NCBI GenBank assembly: GCA_025358455.1
Contig: JANYJP010000052.1
Location: 8,643 to 72,642, forward strand
Reading direction: 5' to 3'
From: Bacteroidales bacterium
Lineage (GTDB): Bacteria; Bacteroidota; Bacteroidia; Bacteroidales; VadinHA17
Length of the DNA stretch: 64,000 nt
Position numbers and translations under genes: made by a program. Below, piece by piece: positions 9,906-18,500 of this stretch (the stretch's first letter is position 1; each line of letters begins with the position of its first letter). The notes under the pieces are model-generated. The model worked only from the letters and a program-made list of their open reading frames with translations. It was not told where the DNA came from and ran no database searches.

Positions 9906-10769
9906 ATGAAAAAGATTTTTATCGTACTAACTCTATCATTATTTCTTCTTCCTGTATTTGCACAGGAAACAACTCCGACAGATGACGCATCCAAACCAGT
10001 AAGATTTACTTTTGGATCAACTACTTTAATAGATAATCAAACAGTTGCCACTCCTTACAAAGGTGGTCTGGAACTGGACATTCAACACCGGTTCAGCCTT
10101 ATTGAAAACTATCATAACCTTTTTGGTATTTATGGTTCAGCTAATACCAGAATAGGACTGGATTATGGTATTACAGACAGGTTGATGGTCGGTATCGCTA
10201 CAACAAAGGATTATAAACTTCAGGATATTCAGTGGAAGTATCTTATCCTTCAGCAAACTGAAGACAACAAGATGCCTGTTTCCGTTTCATATTATGGTAA
10301 CTTCGTTGCCGATCTGGAGAAAAGCGATGCATTCGGTCCATCCGATAGTTTTAAAAATATTCACAGGTTCTCTTATTTCACTCAGCTTATTGTTGCACGT
10401 AAATTAAGTGAAAAGATTTCTGTTCAGGTAGCACCATCAGTAGCTTATTTCAATTCTGTACCTATCAGTTCCGATTCTGTCGGCTACAAGAATCTTAACC
10501 TTGGTATTTCAGTAGGTGCCCGCGCAAATCTTTTTGGTTCACATTCACTTATACTTGAATATGACCAGTTACTCACTAAACAGAATATTGATATTCAGCC
10601 AAAACCAAATCTTGCACTCGGGTGGGAGATAAGTACTGCAACTCATTCTTTTCGCATATTTGCTTCAAACTATTCTCAGATAATCAATCAACGGAATCTT
10701 TTATTCAACACAAATGATTTCGCAAAAGGTAAGTATCTGATTGGTTTTAATATCACTGTAAGGTTTTAA
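9906..10769 (+). CDS. Outer-membrane beta-barrel, DUF5777-like
   Basis: Signal peptide (VFA-Q), IQHRF, FGIYG..RIGLDYGITDRL, EISTATHSF, C-terminal GFNITVRF ending in Phe. Confidence 0.75.
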   Translation: MKKIFIVLTLSLFLLPVFAQETTPTDDASKPVRFTFGSTTLIDNQTVATPYKGGLELDIQHRFSLIENYHNLFGIYGSANTRIGLDYGITDRLMVGIATTKDYKLQDIQWKYLILQQTEDNKMPVSVSYYGNFVADLEKSDAFGPSDSFKNIHRFSYFTQLIVARKLSEKISVQVAPSVAYFNSVPISSDSVGYKNLNLGISVGARANLFGSHSLILEYDQLLTKQNIDIQPKPNLALGWEISTATHSFRIFASNYSQIINQRNLLFNTNDFAKGKYLIGFNITVRF

Positions 10770-10788
10770 TTCAATTAAGTAATCTGGA

Positions 10789-11781
10789 ATGATGCTTTTT
10801 AAATGCCGGATCATTATCCTGGCAGCATTTATCTCTGTTAGTACTTTAGCCTCGGCCGGTATATTCCGGTCAAAAATTGAAGAAAATAAAACACAGGATT
10901 CAACATCCTTTGTTTCGCAATTTGCGGAGGATAATAACCGATGTTTTAAATGCCACGGTCAGGCGAGATATGAGTATACAAATGAAACTCTCGGAAAACA
11001 GGTAAAAGCTCTGATGTGTTCTGAAAGGATCGTGAACAAAGAAGACTTTTACAAATCAAATCATAAAACCTTCAGCTGTACTGATTGTCATTCTGAAGAA
11101 TATACAAAATTTCCTCACTCCGGGGACCTCAGGATGGAGCAAAAATTGATTTGCATAGATTGTCATGGGGGAGATGAGAAATTTGCTCAATATCATTTTG
11201 AGGAGATTGAGTCAGAATACAAAAAAAGCACCCATTTTAAAATGGAAGAAGATGGATTCTCCTGCTGGAAATGCCACAATCCACACTCCTATAAGATAAG
11301 CGTCAGAAATAGTACCAATCTTAAGGAAACAATTGCTTATGATAATGCGATCTGTCTGAACTGCCATTCCAACTACAGCCGTTTTCAGCTTCTAAGCGAT
11401 AAAGCGGAAATAAACATTATTCAAAAACACGACTGGCTTCCTAACCAGACTTCACATTTTGCTAATGTCCGTTGTATAGAATGCCACTCACAGATCAATA
11501 ATAATATTCCGGTATCACATCTTATTAAGCCCAAGGCAGAAGCAGTAAGGCATTGCAACGAATGTCATTCACAAAATTCGATCCTTATGGCATCTTTATA
11601 TAAATTTGAATCTAAAGAACAACGTCGTGACGGTTTTTTTAACGGGATAATATTAAATGCATCTTATGTGATAGGGGCAAACAGGAATGAATATCTTAAC
11701 CTTTTAAGCCTTGTTATATTTTTTGGCGTAGTTGTTGTAATAATAGTGCATATAGTATTCAGGATCAGGAAAAAATTGTAA
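10789..11781 (+). CDS. Heptaheme cytochrome c with C-terminal membrane anchor (CbcA-like)
   Basis: Seven CxxCH motifs (CFKCH, CTDCH, CIDCH, CWKCH, CLNCH, CIECH, CNECH), signal peptide, C-terminal TM helix containing a His. Confidence 0.9.
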   Translation: MMLFKCRIIILAAFISVSTLASAGIFRSKIEENKTQDSTSFVSQFAEDNNRCFKCHGQARYEYTNETLGKQVKALMCSERIVNKEDFYKSNHKTFSCTDCHSEEYTKFPHSGDLRMEQKLICIDCHGGDEKFAQYHFEEIESEYKKSTHFKMEEDGFSCWKCHNPHSYKISVRNSTNLKETIAYDNAICLNCHSNYSRFQLLSDKAEINIIQKHDWLPNQTSHFANVRCIECHSQINNNIPVSHLIKPKAEAVRHCNECHSQNSILMASLYKFESKEQRRDGFFNGIILNASYVIGANRNEYLNLLSLVIFFGVVVVIIVHIVFRIRKKL

Positions 11782-11802
11782 AACTACTTAAAGCAGATCG
11801 AG

Positions 11803-12420
11803 ATGTATCTTTACCCAAAATGGTTAAGAGCCTGGCATGTTCTAAACGCTGTATTATTTCTTATTCTTATCATTACCGGCTTAAGCATGCAGTATACTGA
11901 TAAAGAAAATGCCTCTTATATTGTGGGATTTTCAAAGGCTATAAAATGGCATAATTTTGCAGCTATAGTATTGATTATAAACTATGTAATATTTGTAATC
12001 GGCAATTTTCTAACAGCCAATGGGAAATACTATATGATCGGCAGGAAGAATTTTATATCCGATCTCATGAAGCAACTGAAATTCTATTCTTTTGGTATGT
12101 TTAAAGGTGAAAAGCATCCATTTCCGGTAACAGAAGAGCGTAAATTTAATCCCCTGCAAAAATTAACTTATGTACTTGCAATGTATGTTGCACTTCCTTT
12201 GCTGATCATATCAGGTATTGGTTTGCTTTTTCCGGAAATTACTATCAAAACAATATTTGGGGTAAGCGGACTTATTCTTACTGACATTTTGCATATTACA
12301 ATGGGCTTCTCACTTTCCATATTTATGATAATTCATATTTATACATGTACTCTGGGATCTAAACCAACATCTTTGTTCAGAGGAATAATAACAGGCTACC
12401 ACATAAGTGACGATCATTAG
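11803..12420 (+). CDS. Diheme cytochrome b, FdnI/PhsC type (CbcB-like)
   Basis: Four TM helices; RAWHVLNA, KWHNF, KFNPLQKL, ILHI...IHIY supply the His ligands. Confidence 0.9.
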   Translation: MYLYPKWLRAWHVLNAVLFLILIITGLSMQYTDKENASYIVGFSKAIKWHNFAAIVLIINYVIFVIGNFLTANGKYYMIGRKNFISDLMKQLKFYSFGMFKGEKHPFPVTEERKFNPLQKLTYVLAMYVALPLLIISGIGLLFPEITIKTIFGVSGLILTDILHITMGFSLSIFMIIHIYTCTLGSKPTSLFRGIITGYHISDDH

Positions 12421-12494
12421 TCAAATTTGTTTTCATGAGTCGTTTATTTGAACGAATTTTGCATAAAGTCTTAATAAATTTAAAATCAAGGATT

Positions 12495-12890
12495 ATGAAA
12501 ACTGTAAAATTACTTTTTATCGGATCAGTATTCATGTTACTGAGTGTCTCTTTGATTGCCCAGCCTAAGCCCTGGGTTGTTCCAGCAAACTTTAAAGCAA
12601 TGAAGAACCCTGTTGCAAAAAGTGATGCCAGCAATAAAGCCGGAATGGCTATTTTTAATAAGAACTGTGCTTCATGTCATGGGAAGGCAGGACTCGGTGA
12701 TGGCGTTAAAGCAAAATCACTTAAAGAGCCTATGAATGATTTTTCTAAAGCTGACTTCCAAAACCTGGCTGACGGTGATATTTTTTACAAAACCAAAACC
12801 GGAAGAGGCGACATGCCCAAATATGAAGGTAAACTAACCGATGACGATATCTGGAATGTTGTTAACTATGTAAGAACGTTCAAGAAATAA
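12495..12890 (+). CDS. Periplasmic monoheme cytochrome c
   Basis: Signal peptide (LIA-Q), CASCHG, GDMP distal Met, DIWNVVNYVR; start moved to 12495. Confidence 0.9.
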   Translation: MKTVKLLFIGSVFMLLSVSLIAQPKPWVVPANFKAMKNPVAKSDASNKAGMAIFNKNCASCHGKAGLGDGVKAKSLKEPMNDFSKADFQNLADGDIFYKTKTGRGDMPKYEGKLTDDDIWNVVNYVRTFKK

Positions 12891-13139
12891 TTGAGAATTT
12901 TTGATTCCTGTCCGGCCTTGTCCTCCGGGATCGAAGATTCGGATCATAAACCATTTCCTGTTCTCATCATATACCGGAGGCAGATATAAATTAATCTGAG
13001 CTTATGGGATTAAGATGAATTTTTTTTACTTTTCCCCATCAGATTGTCTGTTTTAGATAGATGACATATATTTCAGATTCCAGTTATGACAAGGAATCAC
13101 TAGGTTACTTATAAAGACCATCATGTATGTAATTTACCT

Positions 13140-13173
13140 AAAAAAAAGCTGAACTCAGAATGAGCTCAGCTTT
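13140..13173 (-). terminator. Intrinsic terminator of the hexaheme lipoprotein gene
   Basis: AGCTGAACTC-AGAAT-GAGCTCAGCT stem with an A-run on the left, giving a T-tract on the minus strand. Confidence 0.75.
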
Positions 13174-13195
13174 CAGATTTTATATTAATTAATTT

Positions 13196-14500
13196 CTAGT
13201 ATCCTGCAGCTGTCATAGCTTCAATGGAATTCTGAAGCAGAGCTTTTGAATACTTGTAGTTATGAATACCCAGGCTGAATTCTCTCAAACACATCTGGAA
13301 ATTGATCATTGAACCCATTGTTGCATTAAGTAATGTAGGGAATAACGGGAATGCACTATTGGCAGCTTTCTGAGCAGTTGTCCATGAACCGGCGGGTGCA
13401 GGGTTTCTCCATACGCCTCCGGGGTTTGTTGATGGGTCATACATATTGATATAACCATCAAAGTTTCCGGTTGTCAGGCCAGCCCATACGTTTGCTGTTG
13501 CGTCGGGCTCACTGTGAAGTATTGCTGTAGCGCCACCAACAGCATTTATTTTTGTGGCAAGAGTGTTCAGGAGTGTTTTTATCTCGTTCCTGGTAGTTAA
13601 CCAGTAGGTTGTTGAAGTTGCAGTGATAGGTGCTGTATGACATCCTGTGGTATTACAGCTGGTGAAATTGCCTTTTGCAGCAAATGTGTGACCACCGGCT
13701 TTCCCTGTTATTTCAGACATATGACATTCAGCGCATGATGCAACTGTTGTATGAATAGAATTTGCATAAGCTACTGAACCTGCAAACTGAATTCCACCCT
13801 GACCTGCAAAGACGGCACCAACTGTACCATAATGAACATGTGTTCTGTAGGATGGGATAACCTTATTCGGAGCGGCGTTCCCAACTGAACTGTCATAGAA
13901 AACAGTTGTCGGACTTGCAGCCAGAGCATCATAATCAACTACGTCGCCGTTTGATGTTGAGGTACTTGTTGTGAGAGGACGTGGCTGATGACATTTAATA
14001 CAAAGGTTGCTCGAAGCTCCATCCTGAGTAAGATTTATGGTTTTTGCGCCTTTCCACATTGTCATTGCAACCGGCGCTGTATTTGTAAATGGTTTAAAAT
14101 CATCTGCAGTATAGGTCGTATGCAAACTGCTGTGGCAGGTAAAGCAAGTAAGTGCACCCAATGTTTTAGAAGGAATAGATACATAGTTATTGGAATATTT
14201 ACCCGTGGTTGAATTTAATGTAAAAGTGGCAGGGATATTATTTGCACATACATATTTGAAAGCATCTGAAGTATGGCATGGAGTACAACCTGTATTCCCG
14301 GCTTCTTCTTCGGCAACTACTCCATAACTATGTTTGGAGAATTCAAATTCCACTGCTTTCTGGTCAACTACTGTCGGGCTATGACACTCTTTGCAAGTCT
14401 CATTCGCATCTTTCCCCGAAAGACCTCTTGGCCCTTCACAGGAAGTAAGAATGAAGCCTGAAACAGTTAAAAGAGATAATAATCTGATTAGGTTTTTCAT
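13196..14500 (-). CDS. Multiheme (5 CxxCH + 1 CX4CH) cytochrome c lipoprotein
   Basis: Lipobox LTS-C; CKECH, CTPCH, CFTCH, CIKCH, CAECH, CNTTGCH; C-terminal SLGIHN; start moved to 14500 (MKNLIR). Confidence 0.85.
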   Translation of the reverse strand: MKNLIRLLSLLTVSGFILTSCEGPRGLSGKDANETCKECHSPTVVDQKAVEFEFSKHSYGVVAEEEAGNTGCTPCHTSDAFKYVCANNIPATFTLNSTTGKYSNNYVSIPSKTLGALTCFTCHSSLHTTYTADDFKPFTNTAPVAMTMWKGAKTINLTQDGASSNLCIKCHQPRPLTTSTSTSNGDVVDYDALAASPTTVFYDSSVGNAAPNKVIPSYRTHVHYGTVGAVFAGQGGIQFAGSVAYANSIHTTVASCAECHMSEITGKAGGHTFAAKGNFTSCNTTGCHTAPITATSTTYWLTTRNEIKTLLNTLATKINAVGGATAILHSEPDATANVWAGLTTGNFDGYINMYDPSTNPGGVWRNPAPAGSWTTAQKAANSAFPLFPTLLNATMGSMINFQMCLREFSLGIHNYKYSKALLQNSIEAMTAAGY

Positions 14501-14592
14501 ATTAGGATTATTAGTTAAATTTTCGTTCTGCAATTTACTACAAACCTCTGTTATACGATTAACAGACCATATGCTATTTGCGATATTTAAAA

Positions 14593-14655
14593 TTGATAGA
14601 TATACCCCGTGCGTGTGACAAATATCAATTAATAGAATGATATTTGTTAGCTTTG
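14593..14655. promoter_or_regulatory. Three Crp/Fnr-type boxes at 22-bp spacing in the divergent promoter, overlapping the regulator's -7 element
   Basis: TTGAT-agat-ATACC (14593), GTGAC-aaat-ATCAA (14615), ATGAT-attt-GTTAG (14637); TAGCTTTG at 14648-14655. Confidence 0.65.
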
Positions 14656-14706
14656 TATTCTTTTAGCTTATTAAAATTCTATTTTTAAACCCTTTATAAA
14701 AAACAT

Positions 14707-15402
14707 ATGTCAGGCATAAATTTAATTGATAGCTGTGAGAAATGTTCCAGAAGATGGAAGAATTTCCAGCATCTTACAAAAAGTGAATTGCAGCTGATAA
14801 ATGATAACAGGTACGAAGCAACATTCAAACCAGGGGAGATAATGCTAAAGCAGGGATCACCAACCTCCAATGCATTGTTCCTGGCGAACGGGATGGCAAA
14901 AACATATGTAGAAGGTATAAACGGGAAGAACTTTATTATGGGCATAGCCTTACCAGGGAGACTTATAATGGGTCCGGGTGCTTACGTAAATTCGCGTCAC
15001 ACATATTCCGTGGCAGCGATTACATTTGTTCAAGCCTGTTTTATAAGTTTTGATATATTTAAGCAACTTGTAAGAACGAATGGTGCTTTTGCCGAGAGCC
15101 TGCTGGAAGATATCAGTGAGAAATCGCTGGGTTCACTAAACCAGCTGGTCAATCTGACACAAAAGAAAATGCCGGGAAGGCTCGCTGATGCGCTACTGTA
15201 TTTTTCAGGCGAAGTTTTCAACTCCGACAAATATGAAATGATTCTATCACGCCAGGAACTTGGTGAAATGACTAATATGGCCAAGGAATGTGTTGTTAGA
15301 ATACTAAAAGAGCTTGAAGATTCGGGAGTAATTTATTCTGATTCATCAAAAATAGAAATACGCGATAAAGAAAAACTTATTCAGATATCTGAAAAAGGCT
15401 AA
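14707..15402 (+). CDS. Crp/Fnr family transcriptional regulator
   Basis: cNMP-like domain, GRLADALL, HTH LSRQELGEMTNMAKECVVRIL; N-terminal CEKC. Confidence 0.92.
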   Translation: MSGINLIDSCEKCSRRWKNFQHLTKSELQLINDNRYEATFKPGEIMLKQGSPTSNALFLANGMAKTYVEGINGKNFIMGIALPGRLIMGPGAYVNSRHTYSVAAITFVQACFISFDIFKQLVRTNGAFAESLLEDISEKSLGSLNQLVNLTQKKMPGRLADALLYFSGEVFNSDKYEMILSRQELGEMTNMAKECVVRILKELEDSGVIYSDSSKIEIRDKEKLIQISEKG

Positions 15403-15464
15403 ATGAATATTGACGGGTTTTGGATTAATGACTGATAAATTAAATTATCAAACTAATTAGTGTT

Positions 15465-18191
15465 ATGAAATATTTAAAATTTCTGCTTTCCCCTGTTTTC
15501 ATGGGTGTTTTGTTCGTTTTATTTGCTCTCGCTATGGCTGTGGCTACTTTCATCGAAAACGATTTTGGATCAGCTGCTGCATACAACATGGTTTACAATT
15601 CACATTGGTTTGAGCTGATATTGTTACTTCTTGCGGTGAATCTTGTCGGACAGTTGATAATTTTCAAACTCTTTAAATTAACAAGGCTTCCGGGCGCCCT
15701 GTTCCACCTTTCATTTATTATCATGATCCTTGGTGCCTGTATAACAAGATACTTCGGATGGGAAGGCTCAATTCATATACGCGAAGGAGAGGAGCAAAAA
15801 GAATGTTACTCGAGTGAGAAATATATTGGATACACAATACAAAACACCGAAGGGAAGGTTTTATTCTCCGGCTCCCAGAAATATTCAATGACAGCCGTTT
15901 CAGCGGATAACTTTAAAAAGAAAGTCAGAATCAATGAAAAAGATTATGAACTGGTTCTGAGAAAGATAATTCCTAATACCTTGGCATCAGGTTCTGTAAA
16001 TCCCATGGAACAGCGTTCAATTGAGAATACTTTTGTATTTCAATTGAAAAGTGGCAACGAATCATCAACTATTAATCTGATCGACAGGGAATCGGAAAAG
16101 ATTTCAACAGGATCAGGCACCATTAACGGCGCAAAAGTTGAGATCAGTTACGGATCAAAAGTTACAATCCTTCCTTTCACAATCAGGTTGAACGATTTTA
16201 TTCTCGAAAGATATCCGGGATCTAACAGTCCGTCGAATTATAAAAGTGATGTAGTTCTGATCGATAAAAATATAAATATCGAAAAACCTTTCATGATTTT
16301 CATGAATAATATCCTGAAATATAAGGGATACCGCTTTTACCAATCGTCGTTCGACAGGGATGAAAAAGGAACAATTCTATCTGTTAATCATGATATGGCT
16401 GGTATGCTTGTTACATATACGGGATATGGTCTCCTGTTCATATTTATTATATTGTCACTGTTGAATAAGAATTCTGTATTTCATAATATTAATTCAGGCT
16501 ACTGGAAATCCGCTATCAGAAAATCAATTCCTGTTATTTTAGTACTTCTTTTATTATCAGGTTTCTCAACAGTAAACGGCCAGAAACTTATTCCGGATAA
16601 AACTGTTTCGGTGGAGTTTGGCAAAATTTTGGTTCAGGATCAGAAGGGAAGGACAAAACCCCTCTTTACACTTAGTAACGACATACTTAGAAAAGTTACA
16701 AGGGAAAATGAATTTGAAGGACTTAATTCGATGCAGGTATTCCTTGGTCTCTATCTCGATTTTAATAACTGGAGAGATGTACCATTAATAAGTATTTCAA
16801 ATAAAGACCTTCAGAGAAAACTTGGTATAACAGGTAAATATGCCTCGTTTTCTGATCTTGTAGATATCACCGGTAATGGCAGCTATAAAATTGCTGATGA
16901 GGTTAATACTGCATATTCTAAAGCTCCCGGAGCGAGATCCAAATTGGATAAGGAGGTTATGAAAATCGATGAACGCCTGAACATAGTCTTTATGATTTAT
17001 AAAGGAGATTTTCTGAAATTATTTCCTCTTAAGGATGGTACTCATAACTGGGGTTCTACGCAGGAAGCTCTTCAGCGGGCGGTAAGTAATGAAGATTCAC
17101 TATATCTGAAAAGTATAATTCCGGCCTTCACAGAAGCAGTTCAATCCACTAATATTGGGCGGGCCCGTCAGGTTACTGAATCGATAAGTAGTTATCAGAC
17201 AAGATTTTCAGAGTATTCACTTCCTTCAAAATCAAAAACAAACAGTGAACTTTTATATTATAAATTAAACATATTCGAAAAGCTATTCCCATTCTATGCA
17301 ACTGTTGGACTGATTATGCTTATCGGGTTAATTACAATGGTTATTAAGGGGAAAAAAGATAAGTCATTATTCGTAAAAATTCTGGGATGGCTTCTTTTTG
17401 CCGGATTTCTCTTCCATACTTTCGGGCTTGGTCTGCGGTGGTATGTTGCGGGCCATTCGCCAATGAGTAACGGGTATGAGTCGATGATATTTATTTCGTG
17501 GGTTACACTTTTAGCCGGATTCATTTTCAGCCGTAAATCTGCATTTGCTCTTTCTGCAACAGCTGTTCTGGCGTCAATGACTCTTATGGTTGCTCATCTC
17601 AGCTTTATGGATCCTGAGATCACTAACCTGGTGCCTGTACTGAAATCATACTGGCTTACCCTGCACGTGTCGGTCATTACAGGGAGCTACGGTTTTCTTG
17701 GTCTTGGTGCAATCCTCGGACTTATTATACTGATATTAATTTCGTTGTCAAATAATTCTAACCGTGAAAGAATTTCAGATACGATTGATGAATTAACCGT
17801 TATTAATTATAAAACACTGACTCTTGGCTTGTATTTACTGACAATAGGAACCTTCCTTGGTGCTGTGTGGGCAAATGAATCATGGGGAAGATACTGGGGA
17901 TGGGACCCGAAGGAAACATGGTCATTGATTACTATCATAATATATAGTATTGTAATACACTCAAGACTCATCCCGGGATTGAAGGACATATTTACGTTTA
18001 ACCTCCTGTCGCTGTTCGCGTTTTCAGGGGTTTTGATGACCTACTTCGGGGTTAACTATTATTTATCGGGTATGCATTCTTATGCCTCAGGCGATCCGGT
18101 ACCGGTACCATCATTTGTTTATATCGCGGTTATTGCTCTCGCGGCACTCTCATTGCTGGCGCATACAAAATACAGGAAGTTTGTAAAATGA
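15465..18191 (+). CDS. ccsA: System II cytochrome c biogenesis protein, fused CcsB-CcsA
   Basis: ResB-like N-part (ATFIE, FHLSF, GYRFYQSS) and WWD motif WANESWGRYWGWDPKETW; WLTLH; GMHSYA. Confidence 0.93.
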   Translation: MKYLKFLLSPVFMGVLFVLFALAMAVATFIENDFGSAAAYNMVYNSHWFELILLLLAVNLVGQLIIFKLFKLTRLPGALFHLSFIIMILGACITRYFGWEGSIHIREGEEQKECYSSEKYIGYTIQNTEGKVLFSGSQKYSMTAVSADNFKKKVRINEKDYELVLRKIIPNTLASGSVNPMEQRSIENTFVFQLKSGNESSTINLIDRESEKISTGSGTINGAKVEISYGSKVTILPFTIRLNDFILERYPGSNSPSNYKSDVVLIDKNINIEKPFMIFMNNILKYKGYRFYQSSFDRDEKGTILSVNHDMAGMLVTYTGYGLLFIFIILSLLNKNSVFHNINSGYWKSAIRKSIPVILVLLLLSGFSTVNGQKLIPDKTVSVEFGKILVQDQKGRTKPLFTLSNDILRKVTRENEFEGLNSMQVFLGLYLDFNNWRDVPLISISNKDLQRKLGITGKYASFSDLVDITGNGSYKIADEVNTAYSKAPGARSKLDKEVMKIDERLNIVFMIYKGDFLKLFPLKDGTHNWGSTQEALQRAVSNEDSLYLKSIIPAFTEAVQSTNIGRARQVTESISSYQTRFSEYSLPSKSKTNSELLYYKLNIFEKLFPFYATVGLIMLIGLITMVIKGKKDKSLFVKILGWLLFAGFLFHTFGLGLRWYVAGHSPMSNGYESMIFISWVTLLAGFIFSRKSAFALSATAVLASMTLMVAHLSFMDPEITNLVPVLKSYWLTLHVSVITGSYGFLGLGAILGLIILILISLSNNSNRERISDTIDELTVINYKTLTLGLYLLTIGTFLGAVWANESWGRYWGWDPKETWSLITIIIYSIVIHSRLIPGLKDIFTFNLLSLFAFSGVLMTYFGVNYYLSGMHSYASGDPVPVPSFVYIAVIALAALSLLAHTKYRKFVK

Positions 18192-18244
18192 AAGCAGGGA
18201 CAGGTCGAAAATAGGAGGGACAGGTCGCGACCTGTCCCTGCTTT
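18191..18244. terminator. Palindromic REP-like element, probable bidirectional terminator between ccsA and tRNA-His
   Basis: AAAGCAGGGACAGGTCG (18191-18207) pairs with CGACCTGTCCCTGCTTT (18228-18244); internal perfect palindrome AGGGACAGGTCGCGACCTGTCCCT (18216-18239). Confidence 0.7.
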
Positions 18245-18251
18245 GTATATT

Positions 18252-18329
18252 TGGGGTGGAAGATGGGGCTCGAACCCACGACCTTCGGAACCACAATCCG
18301 ACGTTCTAACCGACTGAACTACATCCACC
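18252..18329 (-). tRNA. tRNA-His (GTG)
   Basis: Reverse complement G-GTGGATGTAGTTCAGTCGGTTAGAACGTCGGATTGTGGTTCCGAAGGTCGTGGGTTCGAGCCCCATCTTCCACC-CCA: G-1, GTG anticodon, TTCGA loop, C73, encoded CCA. Confidence 0.97.
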
Positions 18330-18500
18330 GTTTCAGGAGTGCAAAATAAGGTCAAAATTTCTATTTCACAAAATTTTAATTTTATTTTTTCAGAATGTTG
18401 TCAATTACTATCTTTGAATGGTTCAAGGAAAAATGAACCCCAACATACAATTTATTCAATACAATCAAGTTATAAGGACTAGATAACGCAAGCCTGCCTT

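Noticed and set aside
13196-14500. Calling the multiheme lipoprotein NrfA or OmcS
   Set aside because: No CxxCK motif and no nrfH neighbour. Heme count alone does not establish OmcS homology.
9498-18329. Cytochrome block as a tRNA-His-integrated genomic island
   Set aside because: No integrase, no duplicated tRNA 3' end and no obvious composition shift by eye.
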